A program made the translations under genes and the position numbers. Shown here piece after piece: positions 8,399 to 16,398 of a stretch of 30,872 nucleotides of DNA (position 1 is its first letter; each line of letters starts with the position of its first letter). The notes beneath the pieces were generated by a model. It saw nothing but the letters and a program-made list of their open reading frames with translations, had not been told where the DNA came from and did not search any database. The DNA is taken from the IMG/VR virus record IMGVR_UViG_2657245091_000018; one strand, given 5' to 3'. This DNA is from a virus (lineage: Duplodnaviria > Heunggongvirae > Uroviricota > Caudoviricetes).

Positions 8399-8469
8399 AG
8401 GGATGTAATGTACATTAGGTGTTCAAAGGATTGATGCTTGCGCCGTACATCTATGTGTAGCAGTGGGAT

Positions 8470-8796
8470 TTATGTAGTTTGCCCACTGAGCAGGTCCAGC
8501 GCGAATTGACGTTCTTCCGGCTTGAGCCGGTCAATCAGGAATTTAACCAGCTTGTTGCCGGTCAGCCCGCTGGGGCTGAGGGTATGTGAAAACTCAACGC
8601 TATAAACAAATGTATGACCACATTCCACTTCTGTGCAGCCACAGTATAAAGACGCCAGTTTTTTATCTTTCCAGTCAGATTTGCGAATGATGGCCGGTGA
8701 GCCGCATTCAGGACATTTAATTTTAAAAACTCGCATGTTCACCATCCCGCACGCCATTGCTAATAATGGGGGGGATTTTAACTTAACTGCGCTCAT
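8470..8796 (-). CDS. Ogr/Delta-type zinc-finger late transcription activator homologue
   Basis: KCPECG...(x22)...CTEVEC gives C-x2-C-x22-C-x4-C, the spacing I recall for P2 Ogr. The long form (108 aa) starts at an ATG overlapping the portal stop (ATGA at 8793-8796). A shorter canonical form, MRVFKIKCPECG, would start at 8736 and is preceded by GGTG. Confidence 0.8.
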   Translation of the reverse strand: MSAVKLKSPPLLAMACGMVNMRVFKIKCPECGSPAIIRKSDWKDKKLASLYCGCTEVECGHTFVYSVEFSHTLSPSGLTGNKLVKFLIDRLKPEERQFALDLLSGQTT

Positions 8797-9854
8797 TTTT
8801 CGCCCTTTTCGGTGGCAATTGCCGGGATATCCACGTCAAAAACCAGGTGCAAGTGTGCGGGGATCTCCGGGTCATTATTGACGCCGTTCATTAGCTTGCG
8901 CTGCAAGGGGATAACTTCATCCTTGCGATAGGTTGTGCGGGCGGTTTCAGGGTTGCCCATTACCGCGCCGTTGGTCGGGATGATACCCGCCAGGCCAGCG
9001 GGGAAACGGTGGGCGGTAAAGATATCCTGCGCGGTTATCCCTTTGATGTTGGCAAATTCATCCTTTGCGCTGACTTCACCCACTGGCATGATTTTAACCC
9101 CTTCCGGGTCGCCCTTCGGGATGTTGATAAACATATTTCGGAAGTTACCCAGCCCTTTGGACTGGGCGATCTTCTCTTTGATTTCATTTTCCATTTCCAG
9201 CGTAAGATTCGGATCGCTGGTATAGAGAATAAAGCCCATATGTGCCCCATTATTGTAGTAACGGCGTCGGAAGATGGTTGCCTCACTGTTGAGTAACACC
9301 GAATGGATGCCGCCGATATAGTCAGGCAGGCCATACACCTGCTGGCGCGGGTCGTACATTTTAAAAAAGACGATGTCTTCCGGTTCATAGATAAGTGCTG
9401 GCCCTTCCTGCAAAACAGCAAACGCCCCGTCTTTTCGGCAGCGCAGATACAGCGACGGCAGCGGCAGCAGGTCGATCACTTCCCCGAATACGTTACGAAT
9501 TTTCAGGATAGCGACGTCACCAAACAGCAGGTAATCAAAGACAGCCTGTTCGACCTGGTCAGGCGTCAGGCCGCCGCCGATGTAGCCACCGGCAACCATA
9601 TTGCGCCGCGCATACAGTACCCCACCGTGCTGGCCGTTAAGGTTCGGCAACTGGGCCAGCGCTAGGCGATCAATCGGGAGTCGCCAGTGGTCATACTCAT
9701 TGTCATACCAGATATTGTGATAATCAGTGCCGGTCGTCAGGATGGGTTCGGGTTCGCCAAATGTGATCACGCTTCCGCGCCCTGGCGTGAAGGATTCAAC
9801 CTTGCTGCCGGTCATGGACCTGAATTTTTTATTATTACGCTGTTTCTTTGTCAT
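8793..9854 (-). CDS. Portal protein (P2 gpQ-like), 353 aa
   Basis: Size and position are those of P2 Q: downstream of the large terminase on the leftward late operon, with an ATGA overlap to the terminase stop at 9851-9854. The protein composition is well formed. Confidence 0.85.
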   Translation of the reverse strand: MTKKQRNNKKFRSMTGSKVESFTPGRGSVITFGEPEPILTTGTDYHNIWYDNEYDHWRLPIDRLALAQLPNLNGQHGGVLYARRNMVAGGYIGGGLTPDQVEQAVFDYLLFGDVAILKIRNVFGEVIDLLPLPSLYLRCRKDGAFAVLQEGPALIYEPEDIVFFKMYDPRQQVYGLPDYIGGIHSVLLNSEATIFRRRYYNNGAHMGFILYTSDPNLTLEMENEIKEKIAQSKGLGNFRNMFINIPKGDPEGVKIMPVGEVSAKDEFANIKGITAQDIFTAHRFPAGLAGIIPTNGAVMGNPETARTTYRKDEVIPLQRKLMNGVNNDPEIPAHLHLVFDVDIPAIATEKGEK

Positions 9855-11662
9855 GCTGCTTTCCCAAAGTACCAGCCCGATGGGCGGTCATATTCGTGAT
9901 CGATAGGTTCGTTAATTACGGCGTGCGAGATAGCGAAGAAAACATCTGCATGGCCGGTCGCGTCTGAACGTTCGGCAACAAACGTCAGCGCGTTGCCGCT
10001 GTTGGTTGTCGTGCGCCGGATAGCCATAAAGCTGGGCGGAATTTCGACGCGCTCTTTGTTCGTTTCGTCTACGGCGTCTTTTGCCCATTCGATGCGCTTA
10101 CGCTCGACAACGTCGATCATCTTCATTACCAGACGGTTTTTGCTTTCGACGCTGTAAAGAATGGGTGTGGCTTCGCGCGGTGCAAACTTGCTGACCAGGT
10201 CATAAACGCCCTTACCAATGCCGGTTGTATCGATCCCGATGTAAGTGATGTTAAAGCGGCGCATAAGCTGCTTTATCTGGTCGGCCTGCCAGCTGAAGTT
10301 AAAGCCCTGCCATTGCCAGACGGCCAGCACGCGGAAGCGCTCGCCGTCCTCTATGGGGGGCGCGATTAACACAAAGGTGGAGTTGTCGCCGGATCGTGAC
10401 GGGTCAAAGCCTGCCCATACTTCGCGATTGCCGAAGGGCCGCGCAGCGGTCAGATCAAAGTCGCCCCATGTGGCCCGGTCCACTTCGCAGCCGACAAGCG
10501 CGGAGAACTTGAACACCGCGTCCTTACTGTCAACAAACTGGCACATGTAGAGCATGGCGAACGCGGTCGGGCTGTATTTGTTGCGCAGCCGTTCAATATC
10601 GACAAGCGCACCGAGGCCACCTTCGATAGCGTCTTCCATCGTTATGATGTAGCGCCAGATCTGGTCCGGGCAGAGAATACCCTGGCGCATTTCGCTTTCT
10701 GTCGGGAACGCCACACCTTTGCGTTTCGGGTCGTCCCCGCGCCAGGCTTCGCCAGTCCATACCGGGTAAGCCTGGTGCGTTTTCGCGCTGGGCGTCGAAA
10801 AGTAGGTCGTCCGGTATTTGTTATGCGTTGCCATTGCGCTGGCAACTTCGTGCAGGCGCGTGAACTTCGGGATCCAGAAAACCTCATCGCCATACAGGTG
10901 GCCGTTAAAGCCCTGCGCGGTGCTGGCGTTCGTGGACAAAAAGCGCAGTATTGCGCCGTTGCTGAGGCGGATATTTTTACCCGTCAGCGTCACGCCGAAA
11001 TGGTTCTGGGCGATCTGGACGATGTATTCACGGAAGATTTCAGACTGGGAGCGGCTTGCAGAGAAAAAGACCTGGTTATCACCGGTAATGACAGCATCTT
11101 CGAATGCCTCCCAGGCGAAATAATAGGTCATGCCGACCTGTCGGCTTTTCAGAATGAAGCGCCAGTCTTCGCCTTTATGTTCGCGGCAGTGCAGCTGGTA
11201 CTCGAAGAGATGTTCCCGCGCCCAGGTGTCGAGCATTTCCGGTGTAATACCGGAAACGTCGTTTTTCTTATACCGGCGCTTTCTTTCCTCTGGTTCCCCG
11301 CCTGCGCTGCTGAGGCAGTACCCTTCACCATCATAAGCCGCTTTCTGGGCCTGAATTTCTGCCAGCTTTTCGGCGTGTTTGTTGCGCTGCGCCATGAGTT
11401 TCACATGGTGAGCAATCAGATCGCGCAGTTCTTCCAGTTCCAGCGCTGTTTTTTTCTCGCGGCGGGAGAGCTGGTCGATACGGCGGGCGATGACATTTTC
11501 CACCGATTCAACAGGCAGCAGTGATGCCCACTTCCCGACATCAGCCCAGTGGTAAATTGTACGCGGTGGAATATTCAGTTCCTGCGCAATATCTTTCGGC
11601 GTCCAGCTTTTCATATAAAGCGTGCGGGCCGCTTCTTTTAATTCATCGGAATATTTAGCCAT
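9851..11662 (-). CDS. Terminase large (ATPase) subunit (P2 gpP-like), 603 aa
   Basis: N-terminal HTH-like segment (WTPKDIAQELNIPPRTIYHW). Terminase Walker-A variant ILKSRQVGMTYYFA. Divergent from the scaffold/capsid operon, as for P2 P/O. Confidence 0.9.
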   Translation of the reverse strand: MAKYSDELKEAARTLYMKSWTPKDIAQELNIPPRTIYHWADVGKWASLLPVESVENVIARRIDQLSRREKKTALELEELRDLIAHHVKLMAQRNKHAEKLAEIQAQKAAYDGEGYCLSSAGGEPEERKRRYKKNDVSGITPEMLDTWAREHLFEYQLHCREHKGEDWRFILKSRQVGMTYYFAWEAFEDAVITGDNQVFFSASRSQSEIFREYIVQIAQNHFGVTLTGKNIRLSNGAILRFLSTNASTAQGFNGHLYGDEVFWIPKFTRLHEVASAMATHNKYRTTYFSTPSAKTHQAYPVWTGEAWRGDDPKRKGVAFPTESEMRQGILCPDQIWRYIITMEDAIEGGLGALVDIERLRNKYSPTAFAMLYMCQFVDSKDAVFKFSALVGCEVDRATWGDFDLTAARPFGNREVWAGFDPSRSGDNSTFVLIAPPIEDGERFRVLAVWQWQGFNFSWQADQIKQLMRRFNITYIGIDTTGIGKGVYDLVSKFAPREATPILYSVESKNRLVMKMIDVVERKRIEWAKDAVDETNKERVEIPPSFMAIRRTTTNSGNALTFVAERSDATGHADVFFAISHAVINEPIDHEYDRPSGWYFGKAA

Positions 11663-11722
11663 GCGGCTATTATGGCGGGATTATTTTGCAGAATTGATAA
11701 TTAAATATCGGTAAAAAGTGGC

Positions 11723-11746
11723 TATGTATTTATAACCGAATACATA
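11723..11746. promoter_or_regulatory. Dyad symmetry element in the divergent late-promoter region (candidate Ogr-type activator site)
   Basis: TATGTATT (11723-11730) - N8 - AATACATA (11739-11746), which reads TGT-N14-ACA. It lies in the 176-bp AT-rich gap between the terminase (start 11662, minus) and scaffold (start 11839, plus) genes. From memory, P2 late promoters carry TGT-N12-ACA upstream of -35, so the spacing differs here. Confidence 0.35.
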
Positions 11747-11838
11747 AGAAATAAAGCGGTCGCGCTGTTTTAATCAATTCGCAATACTGACCACCACAAA
11801 CGAATCATTGTTATTAAATTCATTATTAAAGGTCAGTT

Positions 11839-12900
11839 ATGCCGCAATCTCATTACCGCACGGATTGGCTATGTATTGCCACATCTGGAAAGGCTGTGGA
11901 CGGTCGCACCATTGAACCGCAATGGTTGATTGATGCGGCAGAAACCTACACCCGCAAAACCTACACGGCCATGATTTGGCCGCACCATCCGCAATGCGAT
12001 ATCAGCGAACGTGAATTTACCTGCAATCTGGGGGAAGTGGACGCGCTGAAAGTGGAAACGGAAGGTGATGTCACGAAGTTATATGCCCAGTTAATCCCAA
12101 ATCAATTTTTAATTGATGCCAATCGGCAGGGGCAAAAGTTATTTACGTCAGCAGAATTTGTCACTGATTTTGCAGGCAGTGGTCGTGAATATCTTTTTGG
12201 GCTGGCTGTGACGGATATTCCGGCAAGTCTGGGAACGGAAAAACTTAAATTCGTTTTAGCCGGTGAAGAAAAGGACGCCGAACGCGGGAGTCTGGAAACA
12301 TTCAGTTTAGGAAAATTACAGACAAGTAAACCGGATAAAAAAAATTCTTTCTGGTCGCGTTTATTTTCGGCCAGTAAAGATTTTACGCCAACCCCAGAGC
12401 CAAACACTGACAAGCCCACCGAGGGCGACGGAGAAAAAATGGAAGAATTAAAAGCGCTCATTCAGCAAATGCTGGATCTGCTTAAAAGCGGTAAAGACGC
12501 CGCAACGGGTGATGCTGACACGGTTGATACCCCTGAACAGGCCGCTGATGTGGTGGCAGATGTTGCCGCCCAGATCGCTGATGCTGCCGACGAGGTGGCC
12601 GAGCTGGCGCAGGACGTTATCGAAAACCCGGAAGACGAAGTCAAAGCGGAAGAATTCAGCGCCGCCAAAGCCAACCTGGCAAAAGTCATGAAGTCATTCA
12701 ATGTGACGCCAGCGAAGCGCCCACGCGCCAGCCGTCGCCGTGACTTTTCCGCCCGTCGCCAGCCAGCTGGCAACCAGATGGACAACCTTACCACGCAGCT
12801 GACTACCGTCCTGACTAAGTTGTCAGCGATGGAAAACGGCAATACGCGCCGCCCTGGCAGTGCGCCAGGCGGAAGCAAAGAACCGTTTGAGTTTGTTTAA
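11839..12900 (+). CDS. Capsid scaffolding protein / protease (P2 gpO-like), 353 aa
   Basis: The N-terminus YRTDWLCIATSGKAVDGRTIEPQWLIDAAETYTRKTYTAMIWPHH fits the gpO family pattern. It sits first in the rightward head operon. It contains an acidic D/A/E/V-rich low-complexity segment. Confidence 0.85.
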   Translation: MPQSHYRTDWLCIATSGKAVDGRTIEPQWLIDAAETYTRKTYTAMIWPHHPQCDISEREFTCNLGEVDALKVETEGDVTKLYAQLIPNQFLIDANRQGQKLFTSAEFVTDFAGSGREYLFGLAVTDIPASLGTEKLKFVLAGEEKDAERGSLETFSLGKLQTSKPDKKNSFWSRLFSASKDFTPTPEPNTDKPTEGDGEKMEELKALIQQMLDLLKSGKDAATGDADTVDTPEQAADVVADVAAQIADAADEVAELAQDVIENPEDEVKAEEFSAAKANLAKVMKSFNVTPAKRPRASRRRDFSARRQPAGNQMDNLTTQLTTVLTKLSAMENGNTRRPGSAPGGSKEPFEFV

Positions 12901-12928
12901 CAGCCATTCTTTTCAGGAATAAAAGATT

Positions 12929-13951
12929 ATGCAATTAACCCCAAAAGCAGAGCAGATGCTGCGTAAGTTTGCCGCAGGCCTGGCGAAAGCTAACGGCCAG
13001 GTGGACACGTCGCGCTACTTCTCGCTGACAAATCCGAAAGAAACCCAGCTGCGCAATGCCCTGCTGCAAAGTTCTGAGTTCCTGCGCCTGCTGCCCAATG
13101 TGCTGGATGTGGACCAGATCACCGGCCAGGTGGTCAGCACCGGTAAACCGGGTATTTACACCGGGCGTAAAAAAGATGGTCGTTTCTCCCGCGCCCTGGG
13201 CGTGTCCGGTAACGAGTACAAGCTGGTAGAAACGGATTCCGGTTCGTATCTGCCTTACTCCCTGCTGGTTGTCTGGGCGAACGCGGGCAGCGAAGAGGAG
13301 TTCTTCCAGCGTATTCAGGCATTCAGCAACGAATCTTTCGCGCTGGATATGCTGCGCGTGGCGTTCAACGGAACGAGTGTTGCAGAAGATACAGACCCGG
13401 AAGCCAACCCGAATGGCGAAGACGTCAACATCGGCTGGCACAAAATCGTTAAAGACCGTTCATCTGAGCAGATTATTTCTGATGCCGTCACTATCGGCGC
13501 GTCGGGTGCTGACTTTATTGGTCTGGATGCGGCAGTCACTGACCTGGTGCACACCTGCATTTATGAGCCATTCCGCAATGACCCGCGCCTGGTTGTGCTG
13601 GCTTCCGCTGACCTTATCGGCAACGACGCCACCACCATGATGAATAAGATTGATCGCCCGACTGAGAAAGTCGCCGCGCAGCTTATTGGCCGCCAGATTG
13701 CTGGCCGTACCGTGTACACCCCGCCGTTTATGCCGGAGGGGCGCCTTATCGTCACCACGCTGGACAACCTGCATATCTATACCCAGCAGGGCACACGTAA
13801 GCGTAAAGCGGAATGGAACGACGACCGCAAGCGCTTCGAGAATAACTATCTGCGCATGGAAGGTTACGGCGTCGAGCATGACGAGCTGTATGCGGCATTC
13901 GACAAAATCACCCTTGCGACCGGCGAAGTTGCACCGGGAGGGGGCGCGTAA
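12929..13951 (+). CDS. Major capsid protein (P2 gpN family), 340 aa
   Basis: Position between the scaffold and small terminase genes, and size. The N-terminal segment (FAAGLAKANGQVDTSRYFSLTNPKETQLRNALLQSSEFLRLL) is typical of P2-family capsid proteins. Confidence 0.9.
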   Translation: MQLTPKAEQMLRKFAAGLAKANGQVDTSRYFSLTNPKETQLRNALLQSSEFLRLLPNVLDVDQITGQVVSTGKPGIYTGRKKDGRFSRALGVSGNEYKLVETDSGSYLPYSLLVVWANAGSEEEFFQRIQAFSNESFALDMLRVAFNGTSVAEDTDPEANPNGEDVNIGWHKIVKDRSSEQIISDAVTIGASGADFIGLDAAVTDLVHTCIYEPFRNDPRLVVLASADLIGNDATTMMNKIDRPTEKVAAQLIGRQIAGRTVYTPPFMPEGRLIVTTLDNLHIYTQQGTRKRKAEWNDDRKRFENNYLRMEGYGVEHDELYAAFDKITLATGEVAPGGGA

Positions 13952-13953
13952 AA

Positions 13954-14655
13954 ATGGCCATGACCCCGTGTCAGCGACACCGAGCACGCGTGAAAGCCAC
14001 AAAGGCGCTGGATAAGTGCGAAGCCCTGACGGCATCGCCGGTCAGCTTTCACATTCAAATGCTGGAGCTGGAAAGGGATGTTGAACGGCTTCGCAGTCTG
14101 ACGCGTGCAGAACGCATGGACATGAAGCGCGACGTTCTTTTGCCGCGCTGGATGCCGACCGTCGAGGCATATCTCGCCGGTGATGCCCGCTTTGCCAATC
14201 CGGCCCTGGTTTACTGCGTGATCTGGCTGTTCGATACGGGGGAAATGGGCAAGGCGCTGGACTGGGCTGACGTGGCTATCAGTGAGAGCCAGGCCACGCC
14301 GGAAAACTTCAAAAGCAACCTGCCTGCCTTTGTGGCCGACACGGTGCTGGAGTGGGCGATCATGCAGGCGGAAGCCGGTCACAGCATCGAACCCTATTTC
14401 AGCCGCACGTTTGAAAACATCCGCGAAAAGTGGCGTTTGCACGAAGACATTAACGCGAAGTGGTTCAAGTTCGCCGGTCTTTACCTGCTGCGCGACGAGA
14501 AGGGGCAGCCGCGTGCCACTGCCGTGGATGATGTGAACACGCTGGAGCAGGCCGACGCCCTTTTGGCCCAGGCGGCGGCGTACAACAAAAACGCCGGAGT
14601 TAAGACCATGCGCGAAAAAATCCGCGCCCGGATTAACGGCCTGACCCAGCTTTAA
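13954..14655 (+). CDS. Terminase small (endonuclease) subunit (P2 gpM-like), 233 aa
   Basis: The N-terminal TPCQRHRARVKA resembles the gpM SPAQRH start. The position after the capsid gene matches the P2 order O-N-M-L. Confidence 0.8.
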   Translation: MAMTPCQRHRARVKATKALDKCEALTASPVSFHIQMLELERDVERLRSLTRAERMDMKRDVLLPRWMPTVEAYLAGDARFANPALVYCVIWLFDTGEMGKALDWADVAISESQATPENFKSNLPAFVADTVLEWAIMQAEAGHSIEPYFSRTFENIREKWRLHEDINAKWFKFAGLYLLRDEKGQPRATAVDDVNTLEQADALLAQAAAYNKNAGVKTMREKIRARINGLTQL

Positions 14656-14757
14656 CGACTCCCGCAAGCCGGGACGGGCGCGGGGGAGGCATCAACCATG
14701 CGGTTGTTGGCCGTGGAACCCGTTAGCCCGTTTCTATTGCAAAACCGAGGTGCGCCA

Positions 14758-15231
14758 ATGAGTGGCCCAAGTTTCAGTATCAGCGGCAAGCCGGTGACGG
14801 TGACGCCAACAGCGATCACCAACGGCGTGACATTCTGGCCCGATCTCGATCTGGCCGAGTTTCAGAAGGTGCGCACGCTACCCGCCGATCTGCCGCCAGA
14901 AACCGCAGGCGTGGCCCTGCTGGCTGCTATTGCGGAAGTAAACGACGCGCTGGCCGACGTGGTGACGTACTGGAACGCGAAAGCCTGCGAGCGGGCTGCA
15001 GATGTACCGGGTGCAAAGATGGGCGACGAAACCCAGTTAACAGCCCAGTACAAAAAAGCGGTCTACGCCCGCGCAAAGGCCGATTTGCTGGGGGAGTTCG
15101 CCACCATCGGGCGGCGTGAATCGCATCCGGGGCAGGAAAGCCAGGACACCCGCGCCAGCCTGCTGGCCGAGGCGGCCAACGTGATGCGAAACATGCTGCG
15201 GCAACCACGCGTGGGGGTGCATCTGATATGA
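14758..15231 (+). CDS. Head completion/stabilisation protein (P2 gpL-like), 157 aa
   Basis: Start set at ATG 14758, preceded by GAGGTG; the ORF-track start at 14698 lacks an SD. The segment FWPDLDLAEFQKVRTLPADLPPETAGVALLAAIAEVNDAL fits the gpL family pattern. Confidence 0.8.
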   Translation: MSGPSFSISGKPVTVTPTAITNGVTFWPDLDLAEFQKVRTLPADLPPETAGVALLAAIAEVNDALADVVTYWNAKACERAADVPGAKMGDETQLTAQYKKAVYARAKADLLGEFATIGRRESHPGQESQDTRASLLAEAANVMRNMLRQPRVGVHLI

Positions 15232-15704
15232 GCCAGCTTGAAAGCCTGACGGCGTTTATTACGGCAAATCTGCCGCCTGATGCCATGCAGATGTTTTCCA
15301 GTTCAATGGAGGATTGCGAGCTGGTACGCAACGCCAAAGCGCTGGGAAACAACCAGCGCCGGATCGGAGTGCTGACTTACACCGCCCGTTTGTCGTGGGA
15401 TGACTTCCCCTACCGCAAATATTCGCCGGGGCTGATTTATGCCCTGGTGCTGGCCTGGGTGGATGAGTTCGCCAACGAGCTGCGCGACGAACTGAAGTTA
15501 GCCGATCCCACCGTGGACCCGGAGTTCGACGACGAAGGGTCATGCATTCTGGATGTGGTTGTCCCGCTGGTTGATCCGCTGGTCCTGCGTGAAGTGGAAA
15601 AAGGGCCGATCCCTTTCAAGGGCAAGAAATGGGACATCGTAAACCCCGAAATCTGGGAGGCGTCGCAACTGGAATTTATTGTCCAGCGTGGTGACGCGTC
15701 GTGA
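15228..15704 (+). CDS. Tail completion protein (gpR-like), 158 aa
   Basis: ATGA-coupled to the gpL-like gene. Position and size are as for P2 R. Assignment is mostly positional. Confidence 0.45.
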   Translation: MSQLESLTAFITANLPPDAMQMFSSSMEDCELVRNAKALGNNQRRIGVLTYTARLSWDDFPYRKYSPGLIYALVLAWVDEFANELRDELKLADPTVDPEFDDEGSCILDVVVPLVDPLVLREVEKGPIPFKGKKWDIVNPEIWEASQLEFIVQRGDAS

Positions 15705-16396
15705 TCCGTGGGGAGCTGAACCAGCAACAGCTAAAGCAGATGCGGGAAACGCTGGCAAAAGCTGACCTTCCCCCGCGTAAGCGCCAGCGCCTTTTATGGC
15801 GTATTGCAAAGCTGGGCATTGTCGCAGCGGCAAAACGTCACCAGCGCCAGCAGGCGGCCCCGGACGGTACGCCGTGGGAGCCGCGCAAGCGTGGCAAAGG
15901 GAAGATGTTAAAAGGGCTGCCCAAGCTGTTGGCCGTGCGCGAAATGCCGGAGATTCAGGGGGTAAGAATTTACCTCAAGGGCGGGAACTACCGGAACGGG
16001 ACGAAGCCCATCGCGGCGGGTCTGGTCGGCGCGGTCCAGCAGGACGGCGCACGGATCCAGATGAAAGCCAGTAACGCCCCGCGTAAGCCGCAGGCTGACA
16101 AGCCAGCGCTACCGCGACAGGCCAAGCGTCTGCGGGCGCTGGGTTACAAAACCCGCAAGGGCAAACGCTGGGTTAAGCCGTCCAGCAAGCAAATCATGGA
16201 AACCATGAGCATGGCCCAGGCGGGATTACTGATTCGAAAACTGAAAGGCACACCCTCAAAACGCACATGGACCATTGATATTCCTGGGCGCGTTTTTCTG
16301 GGGGTGAGCAACGACGAATTTAACCAAATTATTGCGCGGCAAATGCAGGCAATCGGCTTCGGCTGGGACGTCAACGCGCAGCAAATCAGGGGGTAA
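15701..16396 (+). CDS. Virion morphogenesis / tail completion protein (gpS-like), 231 aa
   Basis: GTG start in a GTGA overlap with the preceding stop. The basic N-terminal region (RKRQRLLWRIAKLGIVAAAKRHQRQQAAPDGTPWEPRKRG) is like phage virion-morphogenesis family proteins. Confidence 0.5.
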   Translation: MIRGELNQQQLKQMRETLAKADLPPRKRQRLLWRIAKLGIVAAAKRHQRQQAAPDGTPWEPRKRGKGKMLKGLPKLLAVREMPEIQGVRIYLKGGNYRNGTKPIAAGLVGAVQQDGARIQMKASNAPRKPQADKPALPRQAKRLRALGYKTRKGKRWVKPSSKQIMETMSMAQAGLLIRKLKGTPSKRTWTIDIPGRVFLGVSNDEFNQIIARQMQAIGFGWDVNAQQIRG

Positions 16397-16398
16397 AA

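Larger units (their letters stand above)
5290..8469. other. AT-rich horizontally acquired cargo island between the replication gene and the ogr-like/portal genes
   Basis: Hand counts of sample 60-nt lines give 23-30% GC (5941-6000: 14/60; 7021-7080: 18/60), versus about 52% in capsid-gene lines (13021-13080: 31/60). There are long non-coding flanks of 364 bp and 262 bp, whereas neighbouring phage genes abut or overlap. The island holds a single ORF. Confidence 0.8.

Noticed and set aside
13864-14667. A 267-aa minus-strand ORF, and similar long antisense ORFs in the track: 13460..14035 -, 12462..12878 -, 12935..13441 -, 10775..11524 +, 18279..18812 -, 19046..19570 -, 19360..19848 -, 2677..3084 -.
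   Set aside because: All lie antisense to, or out of frame with, well-supported P2-family genes. They have the R/A/G/P/S-rich composition typical of spurious frames in ~55% GC DNA and lack SD sequences at their starts.
14698-14757. A 20-codon N-terminal extension of the head completion gene (ORF-track start 14698).
   Set aside because: The ATG at 14758 has a GAGGTG SD and gives a gpL-sized product, whereas the upstream ATG has none.
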